A DNA stretch of 63,344 nucleotides, the filler included, from Choristocarpus tenellus KU-1152 (taxonomy: Eukaryota > Protista > Phaeophyceae): the NCBI GenBank assembly GCA_964200185.2. It is 8 parts of 8 records of this genome, joined end to end, with 100 filler letters (N's around TTAATTAATTAA, not from the genome) between each part and the next. Parts side by side here need not be neighbours in the genome. Positions count along the whole stretch, not along the records: positions 12,566 to 27,843 come from CAXNAD020001024.1; positions 27,944 to 46,214 come from CAXNAD020000570.1; 6 more parts are not named here. One strand, given 5' to 3'. How positions within the stretch are numbered: the first letter of the stretch is position 1; each line of letters opens with the position of its first letter. Below, one piece after another: positions 26,710 to 41,263 of the stretch. The position numbers were made by a program, and so were the translations under genes. The notes beneath the pieces were generated by a model. It saw nothing but the letters and a program-made list of their open reading frames with translations. It searched no databases and was not told the DNA's origin.

Positions 26710-27121
26710 ATGTTCTGTACAATAGTACCAATATTCAAACCACACGTTCTGTACTACAGTACCAATATTCAAACTACATGTTCTGTACTATAGTGCCAAT
26801 ATTTAAACATTTACTGTACCATAGTACAAATATTAAAAATACATGTTCTGTACAATAGTACCAATATTCAAACTACATGTGCTGTACCATAGTACCAATA
26901 TTCAAACTATATGTGCTGTACAATAGTAACAATATACTAAATATATGTTCTGTACAATAGTAACAATATACTAAATATATGTTCTGTACAATAGTACCAA
27001 TATTCAAACCACATGTTCTGTACAATAGTACCAATATTCAAAACACATTTACTGTATAACAGTACCAATATTCAAACCACATGTTCTGTACAAAAATACC
27101 GATATCCAAACTACATGTTCT
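26710..27121. repeat. 34-bp minisatellite, ~12 copies
   Basis: The unit is ATGTTCTGTACAATAGTACCAATATTCAAACCAC with variants. Confidence 0.93.
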
Positions 27122-27954
27122 GCCTCATACTAAATATACATAGCACAGCTGTCAGTCCTATAAAAGTTGGTACCTTTAAAGCACATAACATAACATTACA
27201 TTACATGAGACTTTGCGCCACATCAGAGACAGCTACTACTGACCGGGGTGATACTGCTTCATCATTGGTAAGTCTGACCTGATTGACAACATGTTCCACC
27301 ACACCCTCATCTACTGCTGGCCATGACCTTGCATTGTGTATCTTCATCTCCCGGTTACGAAGACGTTGAACCAGCCTGTGTCGAAGCTTGCCTGAAAGGG
27401 TACATGCTACAGTTGGACAAAATGGTTTCTTCCCCACTTGACACAGAGTCCAGCACGCCTGACAAGGTTATTGAACACAGTAGAAACAGGTGTCAATGCT
27501 TTCAAGTGCTGTACTGCATGTAAGTCTATGGCCTTTTTCTGCTGCTACATTTTGACATCATGTGTTACCATGTGTTACAAGGGAAGGGAAGGCGTTGTCA
27601 CTGGTACACTAAAGACAGAGGAATGGACATCGGCTCATAGCACTCAAAAGCAGGAGCACCTCAACTTCAACCATCCAACCATTTCATTAACAGGCAGCAT
27701 CACCCACTATACCATACACTTTTTCAGAGAATATTCTACAAGAATACCCACTGCAGTACAGTGAAGAACATGACAAATACCAAAACAAACAGAAGGGGGG
27801 TGGGGGGGGGGGGGGGGGCAAAAACCCCACAATGCAAGCAAGANNNNNNNNNNNNNNNNNNNNNNNNNNNNNNNNNNNNNNNNNNNNTTAATTAATTAAN
27901 NNNNNNNNNNNNNNNNNNNNNNNNNNNNNNNNNNNNNNNNNNNGCTGGTGTGTT

Positions 27955-28142
27955 GTGGTGTGGTGGGGGGGGGGGGGGGGGGGGGGGGTCGGCTGTCCAT
28001 ATGAGACCAATTTTTTCATGTCGCCAATTTTGGGTGATTTGGTTGCATACATCATATGGATAATAGAAGTGCACTTTTCCTGGTTACGACCCAAATGGAC
28101 ACCCTGGTGTAGACACCTCCCTCCCCCCAGATACTTTGGATC
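27955..28142. mobile_element. MITE family B (poly-G/poly-C subterminal; TIR core AAAGTATCTGGGGG); other copies ~5452-5555, 46041-46214, 49071-49125, 58528-58560, 58669-58850, 63184-63344
   Basis: The longer copies share a body ggctgtccatttgggg..aattttt.catgtcgc.attttgg.tgatttggttgcatac..tggataat..agtgcacttttcctgg...cccaaatggacaccctggtgtaga and the end ccccagatactttg. Three copies are only termini plus a G-run. Confidence 0.85.
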
Positions 28143-28299
28143 TGTCCTTCTGCCCATGGCTCAATCTAGTTGGACGTACATGTGTAGTTACATCCACCAC
28201 GACTTTGCCAGTGATGAAATATGTGGAATTACGCAGTACTGCTGGAGAGATATCAATACACAACAGAGGGAGTAAAGAGAGTGGTGGCTTTTCTTACTT

Positions 28300-28700
28300 G
28301 GAGTCGATTTTAGAATAACACAGCTCTGTCCCTACCATACGTGAGGACTGCCCAAGGATGAGTGTGTCCTTCAAATATCTAAGCAGGTGATTACTGTCTT
28401 GTTGTTCTCTTCTCCCTCTACTCTCACGTTGAATTGGAAGTATTGTGTCATCCTGCAGACCCCCATAGCACCGCAGGGGGCGGCGATCCCCATGAATACC
28501 CCGGCATTCCATGGCATCTGCAAACATCTGCCGGAATCTCCTCCACAGGCTGTGGAATGGACGTTCAATGGACAGCACAGTTGGAGGGTAATCCACTTAT
28601 GGGTTGCAATTCTTCAAGGTGACTATCCGTGTTGCGACCAGGAAGGGTACACCTTTGCTTGTGCCCATCCTGTTCTACGACACGTAGCCCACTACAGTAA
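28300..28700 (-). mobile_element. Ty1/copia RT relic
   Basis: HLLRYLKDTLILG resembles the copia RILRYLKGT..LG motif. Otherwise degenerate. Confidence 0.4.
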
Positions 28701-30529
28701 ATGATATGAATGTGACCAGCTTTGTGTTTTCTGTGTACTCATGAAATAGCACTCTGTTATAAGGTGAGAGGATGAGGGCATGACCTATAGGAAACCGAGA
28801 CAGTAGAATGCACCGGTATTGTGGTTTGACAGGAGGCAATCAAACTGGTGAGGTACTGGTGTAGTCACAGCAACATGATACAAGACCGTGTCATTTGACA
28901 TGATGGTTCTCACCCCTGTTTATTGTAACTTCTTTGGCTGTTGACAGATTCAATCTTTTGCCCACTGCTGTGAAATAAAAAAAAAACGCATGTATGAGAT
29001 CGATCATCCAACTATTTTCAGTCAGTATCTTTGGAATTTTGAAGGTTTCTGAATCAATAGCACCAGAATGCAGAATCAAGTGGGGTGGATTGGATAAGTG
29101 GCTCAGTAGCAACACAAAATTCTCTCTAGCACTTCTATTCAATGCTGTGAAACATCTAACAAAAATAAGATGTGCTTTTCGAATGGAACAACGTGGCAGC
29201 CAAGCACGCCTTGTTGAGTGCCCTGCAGTCGGTGTTAAGGTCGCCCCAAATCAACTTGCCTTGTCAATTGCTTCAATTATTGTTGAGGATAAGCCAAAAG
29301 CCAGTAGTACAGGACCAAACACATGTTAACGCTTGGTACAGCTGAAAGCTAGTGGTGTTGTATGGTCTTTTCACTTGTGACATTCTTTGCTGCTCACCTC
29401 AACTTGGTGTTTGACTTGTTGACCTTGGAGGGCTCAGTCTTGGCCACATTGCTATTTGCAATAATAACAGTCTTACTAATATTATAATTTGGAACAAGAG
29501 CAACGGTCTTGTTAACATTGTTATTTTGAAGAACAACAACAGTCTTGATCACATCGTGAAGTGTTTCTGGAGGAGCGATGGCCTTGCGCTCCAGCTTTTG
29601 GGGCAAGGGGAGAGGTTGAGGTGAGAGAAAGCTGTTGGTCGCATTGGATCACGCTAATACCTCGTTTTCTGTAGTTACAGTTTGAGCTGAATGTACTTTT
29701 CACTGCTTGGTATGAGGAGACAATGTGCCTTGTGCGAAGAAATCTTATGATATAGCACAATTTGGTAGGGTGTGGGTCTAGGTCAAAGATGATCCCATTG
29801 CAATAGGGCAGTGAAATAGTTGAGAGAGGTGGGAGTAAAAGAGTAATCACAAATCTCAATTCCTCAGGTCTAAACACATTCAGGGCAAATGTCTATTACA
29901 AAAAGGCAACGGTTTGAAGGTGGTAGTTCATGTGTGCGTTCATGCTGTGCACAGATCCCCAACCTTGATATACTATGTCTATCCAGCTGGGGTGATAGCT
30001 TTCTCAGGTGATGCGACTTAGGGCTTGGTACCAGGAAATAAATGCTTCTATACTTACATCATAGAGGTCCACAAACAGGCTGAAGAGAGGCACATGGAGG
30101 TCATGAAACCTATACACCCTCACCTTTCCACCGTTGACACAGGCAAATATTAGGACCAGTGCTCCCAACAAAAGGGGATGGAACACACGCATGATGGTCC
30201 TGGTCCAGGATTCGAGGTAGTCTAGATTTGCCTTGGTATACAGGTGGTGATGCCCAAGGCAGGGGTCACAAACAATTCAACCTTAGATAAGTTCAGATCG
30301 GAAATGGTGGGGGAGATGGAGATTGGTATAGGGAGCGTGGATCTAGGGTTTTACAGAAGGTATATATGAGGAAGCAGAGAAAGGAGACGATTGAGAAGGG
30401 TGTTTGGAGACATTAGTGAACTGTGGCTTGCTCCTTAAAATAGAGCAGAGGAAGTCAATAGGGCTCTAGGGCTGCATTACTTGTTCACGTGACCTTGTGG
30501 CGAGAACATGGAATGATCTCCCAAAAAAT

Positions 30530-31300
30530 TCACAACGATCTCGAGGCGGAGGATTCAGCATGAGCATCTTCCCGACTAATTGCCGGACACAATTCGATAT
30601 AGAAACTATTGTGGACTGATTCGATTTTACTTTTGTCTCTCATGACTGGCCTATGAAACTCAGGAAGGCCAAGCAGCTTAGACGATGAACTGCTCAACAA
30701 TTCTGGGCACACTCCTCCATGGTGTGGTGCCGAATCTCATACCTTGACAAGCTCACAACCTCTTCAGTTTCCCCACGAAGGGGCACTTCTCGATTGGCCT
30801 CGGGGCAGATTCCTGATGTTGGTTTTCGGTCTCAGGGAAGAATATCAAAATGGTGACTGGTGAAACCACATCCTTGTTTTCACATCCCGTTTCGAAACCG
30901 TCATGCCCAAAAGTCTCTTTTTGCTGGCAATCGTCCTTCTCTCGCGGACATCTCGCGGACACCTCTTTTACTCTTCTCCAAAGGCCTCCTTCATGTTAGT
31001 CACAAGGGTGGACCTCTTGATACACAGTATCACGACAGAGATGCGATCACGAGAAGCAGAGGACCTTATCCGGGAACTAGATTCCACCTCTAACTTTCGA
31101 TTCCTCCGACAGTATTGAACCACCGAAAGCCCTTCCTCGTGGCATTATCCAGCCCTGGATCACACTCATCCGCCAGCAAGATAAGCCGTCACTCATTAAC
31201 TCCCCTCTAGGACGATTGGATCGGCCTTTGCCTCGGAAGGGGGGCATCCAGTCGTCAACGCAATCCACTGAGGAGGAGGGGTAGTTGAATCAGGTCTCGT
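30530..31300 (-). mobile_element. Ty1/copia RT relic
   Basis: Decayed motifs occur in the expected order: GLDNATRKGFRWFNT (YGLKQA.R.W), PFVGKL (PY..LVGSL), PWRSVPRIVEQ (HW.A..RIL.Y). Confidence 0.4.
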
Positions 31301-34300
31301 TCGAGGTACGCCCCTCCAACACACGAAGCAGCCTTCTGAGTTGGTTGGGATTTGCTCCTACGCAACCGAAACATCTCACGCAAATCCTACAGAGACGGCA
31401 AACAAAGCCGGATAACCTTTTTCACCTAGACTCTCGAGGAGAACGAAGATGTGGGCGCTATTGACAGTATTTGACCCCCCCTTTTCTCGTCGTGTCAACA
31501 AGTGCGACTGGTGCATCGTTGTGGCTGCGCTGTCCAAGTACTGTATGGCGCCCAGATATTCTTGATCAGACAGCCACCAGGACCATTCACACACACCATT
31601 CCATAGCATATGACGGTATAAGGCGATAGAGAGGGAATAGTATTATTTTTCTGTTCGAATGACGCAGAGTTGGTTGTTGGGTCATTCATGATATGAACGA
31701 ATTTTGAACCATGGTGTGATTCATCATACACATATATGCTTCATTGTGCTATCGTCGTGTTCTACCTCCTTATCTGCTTGTCTATTGGTGACTGCTCAAC
31801 TTCTAATTTGGTACAGTACGTACCTCATGCAGCACTCTCTTGACCACAAGGCATTTAAAATTTAATGAGATATTTTACTCTTGTGATGTCGATGGAGAGA
31901 CTAAAAACGACTGGTAAAGGTTTTCTGTTTGATACTTGGTGTACATAATGTATTGTTTTGAAGTAAAGCGGGCATTTTTGAGCTCGACAGGCATCGTCTA
32001 TTGGGTCTGTTACGTTGCCAGAGACCTATGGGTGAATTCTCTGTAACTCTACAGTTGATCGTGCTGCACATAGAACACCCACGACGTAATACAGTGGAGG
32101 GGGCAACCTCTGTACGCTAAATAGAAGAGTGTACGATGAACAAAGATTACGAGGGCGGACGTTGCAAATACATGTGATATGTTTGAGTAGTAGTATGAGG
32201 GTCTCTAGCACTTTGGCGGAGGAATATATTTTCATGGTGGGTATTGTGGTGTAGTGGGTAAGCAAGTCTAGTTCAGGCCTGAACAGGGCAGTAATATTGT
32301 GTGAGGCAAGGTTGGACTAATTATTTTTGGGTGGAGGGTGCAGCAGTGGTGTGATGTTCAAGTAGGGAGAGTGGTAGAAAAAGTTCAATCTTGAGGGTAG
32401 TCTATGTTCAAGATATTTCTTGTGTAGGGGAAGGAGTGATGTACTAGTAGTGTGATGGGGAATAAATTCCAGGTTTGTGTGTGCGGTAAGGGCAGTCAGC
32501 ATGTTGTCAAAGTATCAACAGTGAGTGTTGCGAATGTGTCTGGGGGTGGAGCATCTCATGTGTTTGGAAATTTAGGTTTGGGAGTGTAACTGTCATACGT
32601 CAGCGAGTCAAAGTTATCGGAGGTACCGAAGTTTTCGCCGTTTAGTATTTTAACCCAGTTTCCAATATTTTGCAATTTACCCATATTCTATTGTCTATTG
32701 ATGAAGTGGTAAGGTTGACATGATGAGGACGTTGATTTCTCTGTTCGAAAAATTTAGACACAATTCAGGAAATTTTGCACATATTCGTCAGCATCCTCAA
32801 GAGAGTAAAATATCGTTTACTTTGACTCACTTGTACGTAAACTTGGAAAAGTATGGGGATAACGTCCTACATCAAGATAGGAGACCTACCAAGGGGGGTG
32901 TGTGATGGTGCTGTGGCAACTTAAGAGTGGAGAGTGGAATGTGTTGTTAGAGGAGGGACAGAAGGGTCCCTCCTAGCACTTGACTCATCATGGGAATGTA
33001 TATATTTGGCAGTAACTTTACATGCTGTGGGTTAATTATTGTGTGAAAACGGGTAAATATTTCAGTGGAAAAGTCAGAGTCATGTTGGAGTACGGACTGA
33101 GGGGCGACATGAGATACGTACAGAAGAGATTTGTATGCATCTCTATCTGTGGTATATTCGGGTTAGGCATGCACTGCGATTCGTACGAGTCGTATGGCAG
33201 CAGGTAAGGTGCTGAATAAATGAGGCCACCCCTCCTACCTACCAGCACTATGAACGTCAAATTGAGACTTCCTACTACTCGTGTGTAGGCTACACAGTTA
33301 CGACACGAGATTAGACAAAGTGAGCATGTATGTTTTCCTGCATGCTGCGTAGCGAGAAACAATAACCTGTGTTAAGCTGTCCTTGATCTGTTGTCCCACA
33401 CAACCAGCTATATTATAATCTATTAGCTTGCATCAGAGTTGAGAAGAGAGTGAGACACCATCACCAGATAGGGTTCACCAAACCTTACAGCAAATAACTC
33501 AGCGAAACCAAGAGACCTGACAGTTTTCTACAACACTCCAGAAGCACTCCTACTCTAACATCCTGTGGGAACTTTGTCTCATCAAACATCCCATAGAAAT
33601 ATCCCGAATGTCCCCCGCAACATCATTTTGTGCTAATATTCAATGAGTTCGAATCTTATGTTATTCTCACAAATGCACAAGCACAATCTTGACAACCTGG
33701 AACAAGTGTTTCCAACACACTGAATTTTGTACTGGAGACTACATGAGAATTCGTTCTATTACAATATACCAGTACATATAATAGATGATCTATGGTCATC
33801 GATAGCTATGTAGTGTCTGCAGGTGGATGAGTATCCCTTGCAACCTGGAAGATGGGAGTTACTCCACCATGGATCAGAATTTCTCCATGGTCGCCGTAAT
33901 TCTCGCCAGGCCCTAGATTGCTTCCTACAAGCAAAATGCCTCTATGCTGTGGCCTGAGGAAACACCTACGAAAACAAACTGATTGTCACCCAGCTACAGC
34001 CTACCCTGTCAGCTACAGCGCTATCGTTTGGGGGTCCCTACAATAGCACACCTTGAAAACAGTTACAAGAATAAAACAAGTCCTCTATCGCACCCTGATA
34101 AGCGGCCCTTGCACAAAAACGGGGTGGCAACAGCACTAAGTAGGGAATAGAGTAGTATTATTTTCACATAAAATAATCTCAGATAATATCTGTATGATTG
34201 CGGGCGTTGGGACATATGAACGGACTACCAATGGACCTTATAGAGAATAAAATGCACTCTGCGTACCAACAAGTCTTGGGAGATATTAGATTGGTATGTA

Positions 34301-37300
34301 CTTACACCCTTCTTCATTACACATCAATACAAATAGAAATAATATTAATAACAATAACAACAAAACATAATATTGTTATTTTTGCCATTTGGCGTTATCA
34401 TCGTTCAATAGAGCTTACGATCCCTTTCACCACAGCTTTTAATGAGGAATCGGATGGACTACGGATGTGCCTAACCCTAACACTAGAGCAACTCCCTAGT
34501 CTGTTCCATTCATCGTAAGACCTACGGTGATACTGATATCATAACTATCGTCAGACACTTCCCCCTTTCCTTCTACCTGTACTTGTAACATTTGCAGGGT
34601 GGATGGCAGTGGTAAATCTTCCTTGTCACACACATCCAACACGCTCTTCTTAGTACAAAAACTCTGCAATACAATCTTATCCACATTGAGGCCAAGTCTC
34701 ATTGCCTCAGCTCAAGATTACCAGGTTCAATCGCTTTCTATGCTTCCTCTGGGAGGTACGGTGCCGTAGGAAATGCCTTCTGAAATTATCTGAACCTCTG
34801 TTAGACTTGAACTCCTATCTGCCATAGGAAAGGCAATGACCTGGTGCAGGTGCGATACAGAATATCATCCACTGTTGAAGCCTTGGTCATGTCCTAAAAA
34901 CAAAGAAGTCCTCATTTGAATGGAAAAATCGAAAACTCCAGTAGGAACCTGTCCAGCAGCTATCCCTCACAACAGAACTGAATCCAGTCAAACAGAAATA
35001 CTCACACACACGGATAGACAGAGATTGGCAAACTGGATATACATTCACAGCAAGTCTGACCATCCCACAAAACTCAAACCCATAACCTTTCCCCTTACAT
35101 CCCAATCACACTCCAAACAGGCAACTTGAACATTATACTCCGGACTACAACAATAGTACCGAGGGTCCTCCCATGCGATGTTGACTGTGTCCTTGCTTGA
35201 GTCCATGTCGATTCTTCTTGCCTATTCATCTTGAATACAAAACAAATAACTAGCTACACCACAGGAGTTTAATCCTCGAACAAGCAGGCACCATCTATTT
35301 TATTATTTTTGTATCTTGTAACACAACAGCAAGAGACGGGGGTGGGTTGGGGGGGTGGGGTTAGGACTAACCATTTAACACAAAAACCTCAAGTTCCCAC
35401 TGCATCTGTGCTAGCCCCTGTCGGCAGATTGCCATCTTTGTGTGACTTCCCCCTTGATAATCTGGACCACATTGAACCAACAGATGATCCAACGCTGGAT
35501 AGGCATTCACATTAATCCACAAGAGGGTTGCAAGCAAGGGGATGTGCGGTAAACATTAGTCAGGGGGGTCAGGTTTAGAGTTGAAGGTGATGCTCAAAAC
35601 TTGGGGACAGGAAGGCGGTGGCACTGTGGTCCAAGGTTCAATTTTGAAGCACTCAATTGCATTTACAAGCGATGAGTATCGTCACGTGTGATGGACTTAA
35701 GCACATCTTGAGTGCTTATTCATATTCCCCCAAATCCCTCCCTAGGTTCCTACCCTTTGGGACCTCCCATGTTTTGCTCTTACAGATGAAGGGTACAGTC
35801 ACCAAAGGCATCAACTGCTCTGCAAAAAACTACAACTCTCCCCAGCTCTACCCTCATGGAGTAGAGTGACCTTCTATTTTGTTCCTAGATTGTACCTTCG
35901 GGCCTTGGTCCTCAACCATGAACCGGCAGTGAAAGTCACAGTTTCATAGTCACTGCTGGCAGCATCCCATGGTGATGCATACACATGAACCCGCTTTACC
36001 TTGGTATTGAAATTCAGAAGGCAATTTGCAATCAAGGAGTCGGGGAAGGAGGGGAATGGTGATGTTGGGTGAGTGGACTTGGAGGACGAGGGGATGAAAG
36101 AGGCTGTGAGGAAAGGTGGGGAGAACAGGATACAAGATGCTCGTTGGTTGGTGTATGTTCCGTATAGCTCAAGTTGTTACATTTTGTTTTGAAATGCATG
36201 AAATAGAATACTGTATGAATCTCAATGCGGATCAGTCAGAATTCGATACAACAGGAAGACACTCTAAAGCAACATGCTTACACGAAAGGATGGCCCTTTG
36301 AGGGTACAATTGTAGCTACGTACTTGAGTGACACAACACAAGCCCTAGACTCGGATGCATAGTTCGGAGTACTTGCTTTGACTAGACAGGATACGGTTGA
36401 GTAAGTTGAGCGTATTGTACACAGCAAAGACATGTACAACTTCTAAACATTCCTCAAGCAGCTCCGTATCATTCACAAATTGTTCTCCCAATGAAAACAC
36501 TGTGTGACTTGAAACCCATCAAAAATCAATCTAAACTCTCCACGATCATAAAAAGGGATGAGCAAAACAGGGCATGCATGGGTAGACACCACTCCAATGG
36601 TAGTTCTCGAATTTCAAGCATGTCACCAACAATGGAAATAAGAGGGTTTACACTAAACACACACTGGAAAACTGCACACCACCATGGGGAACACATAGAA
36701 TATTCAAATACACAAGTGTGTACCCACTTCCTTGGTGCTGTTTGTGCCCCCCCCAGCTTGATCAATTCTTGATGAATCTACTGCCACCAACCCTTGCCCT
36801 ACATCATGTGTCCAGAGTAGGACGCCCTCCAGGTTTCGCACAGAGGTGTACCTTAAAAATGTCATTGTAAGAAACACATTGTGTGAGGAGGTACCAAAGG
36901 AAGGGGAGACATGCACAGTCATGCCAACGCAGAGAGCACCCTCAGTTGTCAGTTGTCCTTATGTTATCATCGGGGATTTGACTAAAGCCAGGTTTTGTTA
37001 TTCGTGCAGTGTTTGCTCAGAAAATTAGCTAACTGAAAAGGGAAGAAGGTGGCGGCAGTGTCACAGAATCAGGGGCTGGAGTACCATCGGTGGATTCAAT
37101 CACCCATTCCAAGTGAATGTAGCCACAGCTGCCTACTGATCACTGTCTAATAAATTTCACAGGGAGTACGATCTTCTCCTCATCTCCGCATGCAAAGTAC
37201 AATCAAAGTCCACAGTCATACACACACACCTTAAACAATAGTACTATAACGCAACATACACAGGGGCACGGATCTACACACACAGCCAGTCTACAGCACA

Positions 37301-39249
37301 GATACACACATGCAACACGTAAAAAAATCGAAAAAACAATTGCACTTATCCTCTCACCCCATATCCTGTAGCTTCTTGCCGTACTGTCCTGATCGGTATC
37401 CAACTGTGCAGTATGGCACTACCACTGCATCCGGCTCTGCTAAAGACTCCCTTTGGTAGTTGCTGTAGTTGTTGGCCTCAAAGGCCTCCCTGTTCAACAT
37501 CAACCGAGGCACAGGGTAGGAGTGTACGGTGATGCAAAAGATGAGGTTCAGGGCAGTAAGGGTCGCAAGGAGACACTATCAATAGCAAGGGAACAGGCTG
37601 TGCGGTTAGGACTCAATTTGCAATACCAACGTAGCATAATTATCTATCCTTTCATACCTTCGTGATAAGACGGCGCATGAATGCACTTCTGAGGTGCAAA
37701 GAAACTTACCCTTCACCTGCCGAGGATTCTACCACAGACAAGCCAAATGTTCCACACTCAGGACAACATATCGCTCGTGTAACACATACGGAAAAAATAG
37801 CATTTCCCGTGCCAACACATTTCCGAAAAAGTGGCGTTACATACACACCAAAAGGCCCTGAGTGTGTGCTCCGACAGTCACTACACACTGCATCGTTACC
37901 AAGCAAACTGCTCTGAGTGTTTGCTGGGCAACGTATGCTTCAAGTAAAAGTGTTGTGGATATAGATTTTTTCCATTTTTTTCCATTCTTTGTTCTCTCCT
38001 TGGTGACATTTCTACCACTATCGCCCTCTCTGGTCGTTAACCTCTGACCATGGGGTTTGAGAAGATCAAAGCAACGTGTGCAATGCTGGAGAAGGTTTAA
38101 TTGAGCAAATGACTGCAGGGTTGTTCCGGACAATGGCTGTTCAAGGGCAAATGTGCAGGAGGGTTTCTGGACAGGGTATGCCACAGAAAAATGGTGCTGG
38201 GTGCTGCCCTGGCAATGGACATTAGGCATAAACCTAGTGCCCAACAACAGAGATCGAAATGCAAAAGGAGCAAGGCATTATATGGACAACACACCTAATA
38301 GAGCAATTGACCCACAAATGTTATCGCACGAACAGAAGTCACAGAGCAAAATGTACAGAGCAAACCGACCCTGATTTTGTCCGGGATAAAGGGCTTACAG
38401 CCGAATATGGCCAAACATTTCGTGGTAATGCTAGCGTTGAATTTTAAATTGTCCTGGGTATGGAAGCTCTGCAGTCTATCCTGTACTCTGCCACAGCTGC
38501 TTTACTAGCCATATTTTATGCCTTTTCGTTTAGTCTATACCAATGATCATGAAATAACATACACTCTTCATCACCGTTTTGTGGCTCAAGTTCACGACCA
38601 GATTGCAAGCACCAAATCCAATTAAGCAACCAGGAAGCAGAGTCAATAGCATGTCGATTACAGTAGCGCACATTGTCACGGCCCCTTCCAGCATAGACAC
38701 CTCTCGCTCCGCCTCTGTTCTGACGTCCACCAGTACTACCCTCTTGCCTGCAGGGCAGAGTTGGTAATTGCCACAAAGAGGCGGGAAGTAAGGTATGCCG
38801 TAAGAGGGTTTAGATCTGTATCAGCCCAGGGTTCTGTGATCATGATGCTAATACAAAAGTCGTCTTGTTGTGGGTATAGGAGGTCGCAAACATGGGTACT
38901 CGTGAAAAGACTCAAGGCTTGGCAAGGGACAGCATGTGGCTTTGCCCCAGCATCAACTGTGACATAAAATTGTAACGACTCAGGCCATCAGAGGAAAATC
39001 TACATATACACGCCATAATTATTGCTCATCCAGGCGGTGATATGGGTATGGTTGTGTTTCAAGCATGGCTGAAACTTCAACTTTCAGATCATCAATTAGA
39101 GTCTAGGGATATATTTCCAAAATGTACAGACGCCCGAACGAACACATTGTGAAAAAATCAAAGCTGGGATCCCAGTCAGAACAGAATTGTGCCGACCATC
39201 ATAGCTTCAACCATAGCAGGACCCACCTTCCTCTCGCAGGGCTAGGACC

Positions 39250-40350
39250 TCCTTTGCGGATATTGTCTGCACGTTTGGAAACCGACTTGTTGCCTGCGTG
39301 ATTGAGGGACCCAAAGCGCAGCAAGTGCATCTTCGGGATATTGGCAGATGAACTTTGGTTTGAGTGGCTACCTTATAGGCGAAAGAGTGAGAAAACGACT
39401 TGTAGCAAATACACCATTGCATCCATTCAAATCTTAAGATCCCCTTCTACTCTGCCTTCACTTGCCTACCTTTTCAACCATAGACTTGGCTCTTTCGTAG
39501 TTCAATTTGCCCGTGGTCAATGCACCGGGTGTCGAAGACGATCCAGACATTATCCCTGTATCTTCGTGAATGTACCTTTCTCGTTTTACTGACTTGCATC
39601 ATTAGTTTATCAGTCCTGAATTTGGAATCGAGTTGAGGTAAAACGAGGAGTCAACAAAATAAGGGAAGGCGTTCCTGAAACCATACATCTTTACTATACT
39701 CAACGCACATCTACCAAACAAAGCAACGAGACACGATCTAAAGTCTGCCCCGTTGAATCTGCGCATACGCGTTCAATCGTCGATCAATCTTTAGTATATG
39801 GATGACTCTAAGCTGATAGAGGCCACCAGTTATGATCAAGAACGTGGAGAAGAGGAAGATCAATTTGGAGAGGGGCTCGTAAGTTTTGGCAGTGAGTGTT
39901 CCTTCTTCGTAGATCTCAGCAGGAGAGATTTGCGACAGCTCACAATATGTCCGTATTACAGCATTCATGGAGCATCATAGTCCTCGTTCAGGCGTAAATT
40001 ACCATCTCCGTAGCTATTTCGCCATGCATCCCTATTTCTTCAACGACCTTTCTCACGAAAACTTTTGGGATGTGGGTCTTTCGATAGGGACGAGGAGGCC
40101 TATCAGTAAAGCAAAGACCATCCCATACCCCACCATTCTCAATAATCCTGTGTAGAGTTAGTTGAATCAATTTCTGATTCGCCGACCTGGCGGTCACTCT
40201 TTTAATTTTTTATGCGCCTCATATTGCTATGGAAGAAGTCAGGAACTCGAGATGAGAACGACAGTTATGAACCAGACTTGACCATGGACATCAAAGGCTA
40301 CTCTCGGCAGAGGAGCATAACCTACTCAAAACAATCGCTTGGTAGCTTCA
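39250..40350 (+). mobile_element. Ty3/gypsy RT-RNaseH-integrase relic
   Basis: KRSKCIFG resembles K.SKC.F, and RHYPCIFVNVPFSFY*LASL resembles FRHYL...PF...TDH.SL. Heavily decayed. Confidence 0.35.
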
Positions 40351-41005
40351 GTGAGTGAGTACCGAGGTCTCTTATGTTGGTGAGGGCGATTCGTGTCAAG
40401 CATTAGATCATCATCGATTTGTATTGAGGTAGTGTGGTGCAGGGAAAGCCACCAATCCGCCCCTTACCTACCGCGAGCTTTACCAGAACTCCCTATTCTA
40501 CGGCTTCAGTATTGCTGGTTATAAAATACAAAACGGTAACACTGAACAGCAGTACTAGACATGGCACGTGAAAAGTGAAAAACAAATTTGTTGTAATGTC
40601 GTCTTTACGACACCATTTTCACACCCTAGACATCATTATGTCAGACCCTGAAACATTCAACATAAAGACAATATTTCTCCCATGAAATTCCAGTCCAAAA
40701 TTTACGTACATGCTTTATGCCCCACAACATGCCAGTCCAAAACATTGAAGTCGCATATTAGTCCACAGTATTCTAGTCCAAACTGCGCGTAACGCGTTTT
40801 ATGTCCGAAAACATGCCAGTCCAGAACATATATACCACATGTTAGACCACAGCATTCCAGTCCAAAATACACGAGACACGTGCTATGACCCGTCACACTC
40901 AAAACGAAAAATAAGAAACTCCCACAGAGTTTTCTTCGTATCCTGGTTTACACCCGTAAGACTGTTAGATTCTTCGAACATCTGTACTGTCCCTCAACAC
41001 CCTAG

Positions 41006-41263
41006 GAGTGAAAGTATCTTAGAGGGTACGAGTTTTGCCCTGTTTGTCCATTTGAGACTTGGCTTCCCTCGGGGTTTTTATGACATTTTTCTACTCCAAA
41101 ACATTTCTGAGTAGGTAAAATGTGTATGTTATGAAACGGTGTGTCCGGAACGAGGATATTGACATCTCCTAATAAACACGATAGCTAAAATTACATCAAA
41201 ATCGCAACAGTGGATATTGCCCCCCAAATGGACGCGGCTCTACCCTCTAAGATACTTTGACAC
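41006..41263. mobile_element. MITE family A, full length, TSD CTAG
   Basis: ctag|gagtgaaagtatcttagagggta...taccctctaagatactttgacac|ctag. Confidence 0.92.
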
